Part shown: positions 47,105 to 53,340 of the stretch, one piece after another | Layout of the letters: each line of letters opens with the position of its first letter | Numbering within the stretch: position 1 is the first letter of the stretch | Source: Candidatus Gottesmanbacteria bacterium UBA5942 | Lineage (GTDB): Bacteria > Patescibacteriota > Microgenomatia > UBA10105 > UBA927 | Reading direction: 5' to 3' | Assembly (NCBI GenBank): GCA_002430725.1 | Contig: DJCU01000042.1 | Coordinates: 1-61,332, forward strand | DNA length: 61,332 nt | Program-made: the position numbers and the translations under genes | The notes under the pieces: generated by a model | What the model was told of the DNA's origin: nothing | Databases searched by the model: none | What the model saw: the letters and a program-made list of their open reading frames with translations, nothing else

Positions 47105-48112
47105 ATGGATGAAATGCCGGAAATTCCACAAAAAGAACGAGTGGTGATGTCTCCCGAGCTTGCTGAGCGTATTGATCATGCACGGATGGAGATAGCAGCG
47201 CAAGGGCAAGATCCTCAGGCAGTGGCAGGCAGAAATATTGCCGAAATGGGATTTATGAAAGCGTTATGGGAGACAGCGAAGCCACACACCAAAAAATTGC
47301 AGGAAATACAGTTTAAGCAGATAAAGGCGCAAGGAGCTGCGGTGCTGAGCCTTATCCCCATTATCGGTGAAGGAAAAGCATTTTTGAGTACAGTGGGTAT
47401 TACCAAAGGATTTGAAAAAGGAGTACAAACATTTAAAGCAGAAAAAGGACTCCGAAAGCTTAAGGCAATCGGGAAAGGGCTAGGGAGGGCGATGGCAGAA
47501 AACGCACCGGAAGCAGTGAAGGCTGGATCGTTATATGAAAAAGCACGCGCGGGTAGTGTAGTCGCAAGAGAACAAGCGGCAGCAGCGGTGAGAGCTGAAA
47601 ATATTGCAAAAAATATTGCGGTGAGTTCTTACGAAACTGCCCGCGATGCACAGAAAGCGATGAAGGGTGCTGAGAAATGGAATAAAGCTGTGACGAAAGT
47701 TGCAATAAATGAAAGTCTTGATGCAGCTGCTGCAGCTGCAGGAAAAACAGGCATGGGGAAGTGGGCGTTTAAGGAATTTGAAAAAAGAAAATTGTCCGGT
47801 ATGAAAATATTGGGAAATCCTGAGAAACGCGCAGGAATTTGGCATTTTCTCGATTTAACTCCTGATGTACCAGGTTGGCTTTCTCTTACTACTGCAGCTG
47901 GTGAAATGGTGGGAGTCCACGGAATTGATGTAATCCCTGCGGTATTACAGATGGGGAAAAATACGATTGATCAGGTGGCAACGTATGGAAAACTCACGAA
48001 GGACGTCTGGAACTTGGCAGTGACACGTGTGACGGGTAAGGGGAAGGATGTAGCGCGGGCGGCAGCAGTATTTGAGCCAAGACCACCAGTCTCAGCAGGA
48101 GGAATGGCATGA
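47105..48112 (+). CDS. hypothetical protein D2 (Ala/Lys-rich helical middle, hydrophobic IPxxG segments)
   Basis: MDEMPEIPQK (compare D1 MSEIPKG). Hydrophobic segments AAVLSLIPIIGEGKAF and GIDVIPAVLQMG. Confidence 0.65.
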   Translation: MDEMPEIPQKERVVMSPELAERIDHARMEIAAQGQDPQAVAGRNIAEMGFMKALWETAKPHTKKLQEIQFKQIKAQGAAVLSLIPIIGEGKAFLSTVGITKGFEKGVQTFKAEKGLRKLKAIGKGLGRAMAENAPEAVKAGSLYEKARAGSVVAREQAAAAVRAENIAKNIAVSSYETARDAQKAMKGAEKWNKAVTKVAINESLDAAAAAAGKTGMGKWAFKEFEKRKLSGMKILGNPEKRAGIWHFLDLTPDVPGWLSLTTAAGEMVGVHGIDVIPAVLQMGKNTIDQVATYGKLTKDVWNLAVTRVTGKGKDVARAAAVFEPRPPVSAGGMA

Positions 48113-48369
48113 ACAAAAAAATCGCATTAGTTGATCTTATCGAAGTAAGTGTTCTTTTGACCGCTGAACAAAAGTTGTTGCTATTGGATGAGTTACCGGA
48201 GTTTAATGAAAAACAAGTTGCCGCATTGGGTACATTTCTTGCCATGGAACAACAATTTATCAACGAACATAAAGATGAAATATTGACGAATATGAAAGAG
48301 ATCTATAATGACCTTCATCTTGATGAGGCACAAAAAAATCAGGTATTTGTGGGGACAGGGAAACCGTAA
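48109..48369 (+). CDS. small acidic helical protein, family S (S5)
   Basis: ATGA overlap with D2 and an AGGAGG RBS. Motif IEVSVLLTAEQKLLLLDEL. Confidence 0.7.
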   Translation: MNKKIALVDLIEVSVLLTAEQKLLLLDELPEFNEKQVAALGTFLAMEQQFINEHKDEILTNMKEIYNDLHLDEAQKNQVFVGTGKP

Positions 48370-48467
48370 GATAACTATTAACTTTTCACTTTTGACTATT
48401 AACCAGAAGTTCCCGGGTACTTTTTTTAGGTCAACTGTTACCAGTTAAGAGTTAAAGGTTAAAAAGT
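48370..48467 (+). repeat. intergenic copy of a TTAAC-rich palindromic repeat
   Basis: GATAACTATTAACTTTT and GACTATTAACCAGA are identical to 56436..56452 and to part of 56453..56473 inside the 23S intron. Confidence 0.6.
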
Positions 48468-49382
48468 ATGGCCGAAAACTATAGTCAGCAATATCGAGGT
48501 AAAGTAATCCACGTCTATCTCGGAGAAGGGAAAGCAGACCCGCCAAAACCAGAGGTAAAAAAAGCAGACACCTTGTATCACAAGCACATGCAAGAGTTGT
48601 TTGACATTATTGCCCCTGAAGCTGTTTCGGAGCGCATCGATGCGGTCAATACACAAGGTGAATTAGCGACAGCAACTGCGGAATTATTGCGGGAAAAATC
48701 ATCAGCGAGAGAGCGGTATAAAGAACACAAGGATTTTAAGCGGTTTGTTCATGAGTTAGATGGAGAATGGCGCGGAAGAGAGCTACCGCATAAATTAGAA
48801 CGGTTTTTGCTCTTTAGTGTGATGGGAAGCTTTTATACCGGTCTTGATTTTGTATCCAACTATCTTGCTGAAAAAACATTTCTTCGGAAAGACATAACGA
48901 AAATTGGTCTGGGAAAGTCTGGTATTTCATTGGATGCAGCAGACACCAATGGTAACCGTAAAGCGCTTAAAGCCGGGTGGGAGATGCTTTCTGATAAGCT
49001 TATTGGTCTGTTTTCTGATAAATCAGTCAAAGAAACGACAAATCGTGATGATGTGGCATTTGTGTCGCCAATATCTGACGCGTTGGCATCAGTCGGTAAC
49101 ATCGCAGTGTCGCTTGCTACCCCGAGTGATAAAAAGCCTATCCATTGGTTATTAAATTCGATTATTAACCCAGGTTCTATAGAGGCAGGGTTTCGTACGC
49201 TTTCTGCAATTCCATTGGCTGGAGCCAAAGTAGAAAATATGTATATAGCCCTCAATAAGCAGTTGTTGAGAGGGGAGGGTGTTTTACCGTATGGTTTTGA
49301 TGTGGCGCTTACTATGCTTGCTGCCAAAGAAACACAAAAGAAAGATGTGGAATTAGTGTTAGAGCACGTTGCGCAAAAATAG
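48468..49382 (+). CDS. hypothetical protein, family L (D3)
   Basis: Shares the blocks YTGLDFVSNYLAEKTF and IINPGSIEAGFRTLSAIPLAGAKV with D4, D5 and D6. Confidence 0.65.
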   Translation: MAENYSQQYRGKVIHVYLGEGKADPPKPEVKKADTLYHKHMQELFDIIAPEAVSERIDAVNTQGELATATAELLREKSSARERYKEHKDFKRFVHELDGEWRGRELPHKLERFLLFSVMGSFYTGLDFVSNYLAEKTFLRKDITKIGLGKSGISLDAADTNGNRKALKAGWEMLSDKLIGLFSDKSVKETTNRDDVAFVSPISDALASVGNIAVSLATPSDKKPIHWLLNSIINPGSIEAGFRTLSAIPLAGAKVENMYIALNKQLLRGEGVLPYGFDVALTMLAAKETQKKDVELVLEHVAQK

Positions 49383-49383
49383 T

Positions 49384-49701
49384 ATGAAACAAAATATCAC
49401 TCAATTTATCGATATAGTGAGGGAGAGTAAGGTATTAAACGCCGAGCAGAAGAGGGAGCTATTGGATAATCCAGCACTTTTGCCGGAAACATATCGTGAG
49501 CGGATTGCTGAAATACTTACAAACTATAATGATCGGGCACGTGCAAGAGAAATGCAGCTGGGAAGCCGAGTGAATGATGCGACAAAGCGATTTGAGCAAG
49601 CGCTTGATGAGGTTGGAGTTGCTCCCGAGGAGAAGCAACAGCTGTTAGAAAAATTGAGGCAACACACTGCCACATTGACCATGGCAGCGCCCGCGTCTTG
49701 A
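49384..49701 (+). CDS. small helical protein, family S (S6)
   Basis: Its ATG lies 1 nt after the D3 TAG. Motif VRESKVLNAEQKRELLDNP. Confidence 0.65.
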   Translation: MKQNITQFIDIVRESKVLNAEQKRELLDNPALLPETYRERIAEILTNYNDRARAREMQLGSRVNDATKRFEQALDEVGVAPEEKQQLLEKLRQHTATLTMAAPAS

Positions 49702-49737
49702 CCGTAATACGCTAAACAGAGTACTCTGATAAGAGTT

Positions 49738-50823
49738 ATGCAACACAAGGAACAATCATTTTCTCCTCCAAAAGAGTCGTGGTCTTCAGGCGCCCCAAAG
49801 CCTGAGACTGCGCAATCACGTGAGAAATCTTCGTTAAAAAAACTCGGGGATGTGGTCGGTGACGTGCTACGAGATGTGAGTACGGCAAACCAGATGGCTG
49901 CAGATAAATTTGACGGTGATAGCGCGCTTATGCGTACTGCCCGCGGTTTTGTGACGACAGGTATCGGAGTTGGGCTAGAGAAATCCATGAATTTTGTATG
50001 GGACAAGGTGTGGCAGGGTGATATTCCGTTTTATGACAAATCCAAATTCGGGACAGGGATGGCGGAAGCGATGAATAGATTTGCCCAAAAAAGCGACTTT
50101 AACGCCCGCATGTATCACCTGATGAAAGAGGGAACGCAGGATTTGTCGCTTGCCATATTTTATAATTTTCTCGCGTTCCGCTCGCAGCCATTACTCCCTA
50201 AAGCAGAGCCAAAACATTTACTCACCGCATTGACTGCAGATGCTATGGAGGCGTTTGTAAAGCCAATTTCGCCAAATCTGCCGGGTAAAGTGCAATTTGA
50301 TGCACAACGGGGGACAAACGCGATAGTGACAGAGCAAATCGAGGCGCTTGATGACAAGATGGCTCAATTTGCTTCGAGATCCTACTATGACAGAGTAAAG
50401 GATGTACAAGTGTCTCCGATGAGTGATCAAATAGAAAAATTAAAAGAGAGAAAAAAAGCGTTACAGGGAAGGATAGGGGAATTGCATGTCCCAGAGGAGG
50501 GGGGAAATCTCGAGAAATTTATCCATAAGTTTGTCGATATTTCAAATCCTGTAACAGTATTGGGAATTGATATGATTAGTGGAGGTCTTGCTACCCTTAT
50601 TCGTAACTTCAAGGAAGTACGAAAGGTACGGAAAGAAAAAGGCGGATTGGAAGGGAAAAAAGTGTTCATGCCAAAAAAAGAGAATTGGAAAGATCGCGGA
50701 GGTGATCGGAAGCCGTATAACGAAAAGCGTGACTATAGTAAAGATAAAGTATATGTAGGCAAGTCAAATTGGAAAGATAAAAAAATACAGGAGGAATATG
50801 ACCTCAAAGTCGATGATACATAA
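49738..50823 (+). CDS. hypothetical protein, family L (D4), Lys-rich C-terminus
   Basis: TTGIGVGLEKSMNFVWDKVW and ISNPVTVLGIDMISGGLATL blocks. Confidence 0.65.
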   Translation: MQHKEQSFSPPKESWSSGAPKPETAQSREKSSLKKLGDVVGDVLRDVSTANQMAADKFDGDSALMRTARGFVTTGIGVGLEKSMNFVWDKVWQGDIPFYDKSKFGTGMAEAMNRFAQKSDFNARMYHLMKEGTQDLSLAIFYNFLAFRSQPLLPKAEPKHLLTALTADAMEAFVKPISPNLPGKVQFDAQRGTNAIVTEQIEALDDKMAQFASRSYYDRVKDVQVSPMSDQIEKLKERKKALQGRIGELHVPEEGGNLEKFIHKFVDISNPVTVLGIDMISGGLATLIRNFKEVRKVRKEKGGLEGKKVFMPKKENWKDRGGDRKPYNEKRDYSKDKVYVGKSNWKDKKIQEEYDLKVDDT

Positions 50824-51097
50824 AAAAATTCAGGCAACGCGGTTGTTTTCAGATGCACAAAAAGTACAACTTTTGGTGCAGCTTACTGATGCAAGTGAGG
50901 ACGATAAAAAGAAGCTCGAGGAGGGCATTGATGCGTTTGACCGTGAGTACAAAGAAGCCATGGGAAAGCGGGGAGAAGAGATACTGGAACTCCTTACTAT
51001 GATAATGAAGGACATGCCCGAAGAAGAACGAAAAAAGAACCAAGACACGATTGACGAAATTGTGATGGGTACGGCTATTCTTCAGCCACTCAATTAG
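50798..51097 (+). CDS. small acidic helical protein, family S (S7)
   Basis: AGGAGG RBS 4 nt before the ATG. It overlaps the D4 end by 26 nt. Motif IQATRLFSDAQKVQLLVQL. Confidence 0.65.
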   Translation: MTSKSMIHKKIQATRLFSDAQKVQLLVQLTDASEDDKKKLEEGIDAFDREYKEAMGKRGEEILELLTMIMKDMPEEERKKNQDTIDEIVMGTAILQPLN

Positions 51098-51193
51098 CTC
51101 CGGATAGGTAAATAAATCTCTACTTGCTATAGGACTAGTGTTGTGGTACACTCCTGTCTAAACTTCAGCATAAGGCTGAATTTTTGTAATTTT

Positions 51194-51976
51194 ATGAACG
51201 TAGAAACTAAACCACAACGCCAATATTCCGCCTCAGAACAGGGGTTTCAGCGGATTATGAATGAAGGTCCTCACGCCCCCAAAAATGGCGGTGAATACAA
51301 ATCCGGAGATTTCGCAAAGCGCGTATTCTTTAACACCTCGATGCTTGTCGGGGGATTGGGTATCGATTTAGCAGAAAGTGCCGTTGCCAAATGGGCGATT
51401 AACAAGGTATTTGATCCTCGCATCGATGGCCTTAAAGGGACAATATCCCAGTTGGGTCACGCAAAGCCGGAAGGATTTGAAGACAAAATTAGCGCCGCAA
51501 AAGACAGTATCCGCACACAGCATGCTATAAAAGAGGGTGTCAAGTTTATCGAAGAGTGGGGTTCTGACTCTGCTTACGTAGGTGCCACCAACGCGCTTGC
51601 ACGCACGCTCACCGGTGTGCCTGAAGCAACCTATGTTAAAGGAACGGCTGAAGTCGTTTCTGACTGGGCAAATGCAATCATGCAGGTATTCGGCGGCGAC
51701 AAAAAAGTGACGCTGTTGAAATACAAAGGACTCCCACTGTTTGCCACCGAAATGCAGAATTTTGTCAATCCGACCGATGTCGAAGCGGTATTTCGCTTGC
51801 TTGCCGAAATTCCGGGTGTCGGATGGGTGAAAAATAAGCTTGACCACACGGTTGAGCACTCAAAAGTGGTCAAATACGCCAATATTGCTGCCTCAAAAGG
51901 GTTACTTGGCTACCACATTACGAACGCCGGTCAAAAGGCGATCGATAGGGCTGTGGCAGAAGCGCTCGCCAAATAA
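51194..51976 (+). CDS. hypothetical protein, family L (D5)
   Basis: GGLGIDLAESAVAKWAINKVF and FVNPTDVEAVFRLLAEIPGVGWV blocks. ATG 51194 is preferred to GTG 51143. Confidence 0.65.
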   Translation: MNVETKPQRQYSASEQGFQRIMNEGPHAPKNGGEYKSGDFAKRVFFNTSMLVGGLGIDLAESAVAKWAINKVFDPRIDGLKGTISQLGHAKPEGFEDKISAAKDSIRTQHAIKEGVKFIEEWGSDSAYVGATNALARTLTGVPEATYVKGTAEVVSDWANAIMQVFGGDKKVTLLKYKGLPLFATEMQNFVNPTDVEAVFRLLAEIPGVGWVKNKLDHTVEHSKVVKYANIAASKGLLGYHITNAGQKAIDRAVAEALAK

Positions 51977-52053
51977 TCTCCCTAAATTCTTGTTTGTTAT
52001 AGGCTAATTTCTATGGTATAATTTTACATAATGCCATAGGGCATTCTTTTTGT

Positions 52054-52896
52054 ATGACGACCAAAGAAACACCACAAGCCATGCTCAAAGACCCAGTCGC
52101 AAGCTGGAAGCAGGATTTGGTTGCCCACGAGCGGAAGCAGGCAGAAAAGCTCTATCAGGTGGGCGAGTTTTCCCCGTATACCAAAGAGGCGAGGCCGATT
52201 AAATGGGATGCGTTTCGTGACGCAAGTTACGAATGGATATCGAGTCCTGGTACATTCCTCAAAAATATCGGAACGCATGTCCGGAATATCGACACGGATT
52301 TTCGTGGCGGGCGGGATTATGGAAACGCGGGCGAACGTCTCGAGCGGGTGAAAGCGTATGCGGGGATCATCGCACTATTTACCGCGTTTGATGCTGCTAC
52401 AAGCATGCCTCTCATTGGTCTGAAGAAGACAGAAAGAAAAGGAGAAGGACTTACCGCGGATGATCACCGATATAATGCCAATCTTCTTTCATTTATGAAA
52501 CTTATCGATGTACTAAATGATAAATATGCAACAGCATTGGGTAATATGTACGTGGAGGATAAAACGGGGAAGCGGGGATTTATCCATGAGATGTCAGATA
52601 AAGGCGCAGACACCATACAGACAGGATTTGATAAGACAAATGATTTGGTAAATGGTGCAACCCTTGAAGGATATCTTCGTATCATATCCCAGATACCGGT
52701 TGCTGGAGCATTGTTTGAGCAGGGAGTGACCCGAATTTCGGGCTGGCAGGAGAAATCTTCTCTTCATACAGCAACAGGAAAAATGATCTACATGGCGTTG
52801 GGTATTTATATAAAACATATGCGCAGAGCAGTCACTGAAGATGGTAAATCCGCAAAGTTGATATCCCCGGATGTCATTGCCAGATTTGGATTGTGA
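52054..52896 (+). CDS. hypothetical protein, family L (D6)
   Basis: LVNGATLEGYLRIISQIPVAGALF block. A TGG-TATAAT extended -10 lies at 52014..52022 upstream. Confidence 0.65.
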   Translation: MTTKETPQAMLKDPVASWKQDLVAHERKQAEKLYQVGEFSPYTKEARPIKWDAFRDASYEWISSPGTFLKNIGTHVRNIDTDFRGGRDYGNAGERLERVKAYAGIIALFTAFDAATSMPLIGLKKTERKGEGLTADDHRYNANLLSFMKLIDVLNDKYATALGNMYVEDKTGKRGFIHEMSDKGADTIQTGFDKTNDLVNGATLEGYLRIISQIPVAGALFEQGVTRISGWQEKSSLHTATGKMIYMALGIYIKHMRRAVTEDGKSAKLISPDVIARFGL

Positions 52897-52906
52897 TAGT
52901 TGACTG

Positions 52907-52936
52907 TTGACATAAGATAATAACCTCGGTTAAAAT
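52907..52936 (+). promoter_or_regulatory. strong sigma70-like promoter
   Basis: TTGACA (52907..52912)-N18-TAAAAT (52931..52936), preceded by a second TTGACT at 52900. Confidence 0.5.
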
Positions 52937-53086
52937 ACCTTTTGCCTTTGTTCGCCAATATTCGGCGATACGGAATGCGGAGGCAAGACTTTTCTTTTTC
53001 ATGAGAACCACCACATCATACAAAACCAACCGAAATCGGCGATGTTTGCGTGTGACGTAGAGCTTCTTACTTAAGGAGAGAGTCCT

Positions 53087-53113
53087 AATCCCGCATAGAA
53101 GGCGGGATTTTTT
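53087..53113 (+). terminator. rho-independent terminator-like hairpin
   Basis: AATCCCGC-atagaag-GCGGGATT followed by a T-run. Confidence 0.55.
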
Positions 53114-53194
53114 GTCCCTTTTTTGCACATTTAACAATTGGATCAACGGAGAGAACTGCTCAGGTTCGCTTTCGGATCTTTCCTGAGTAGGGAA

Positions 53195-53267
53195 GGGCCC
53201 GAAGTTTACCTGGTTGAACGCTTCATTTGCAATGAAGAGGCAGGCGGTTCGACTCCGCCCGGGTCCA
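53195..53267 (+). tRNA. tRNA-Ala (UGC); CCA not encoded
   Basis: Cloverleaf with GGGCCCG/CGGGUCC acceptor stem and the G3:U70 Ala identity pair. Anticodon loop UUUGCAA, T arm GGCGG-UUCGACU-CCGCC, discriminator A. Confidence 0.9.
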
Positions 53268-53281
53268 CATAGCTCGTGTAT

Positions 53282-53340
53282 CGAGGATACCTATATATAA
53301 TATGTATCCTCGCGACAAGAGCGCGAGTTGCTCTTTAACA
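53282..53340 (+). promoter_or_regulatory. rRNA antitermination-like boxB hairpin plus boxA
   Basis: Hairpin CGAGGATAC..GTATCCTCG at 53282..53312, then TGCTCTTTAACA at 53329..53340, which matches the rrn boxA consensus. Confidence 0.6.

Noticed and set aside
38992-52896. Periodic architecture of the novel cluster as a possible CRISPR or DNA tandem-repeat array.
   Set aside because: The periodicity is at the gene and protein level (diverged paralogs of 250-1000 nt). There are no short identical direct repeats separated by unique spacers anywhere in the window.
52874-53146. 90-aa minus-strand ORF, and a 19-codon plus-strand ORF (MRTTTSYKTNRNRRCLRVT) that vaguely recalls the ribosomal protein L34 N-terminus.
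   Set aside because: Neither has an RBS. The minus ORF spans a plus-strand promoter and terminator. The L34 resemblance is limited to basic composition and breaks off after 19 codons with no recoverable frame.
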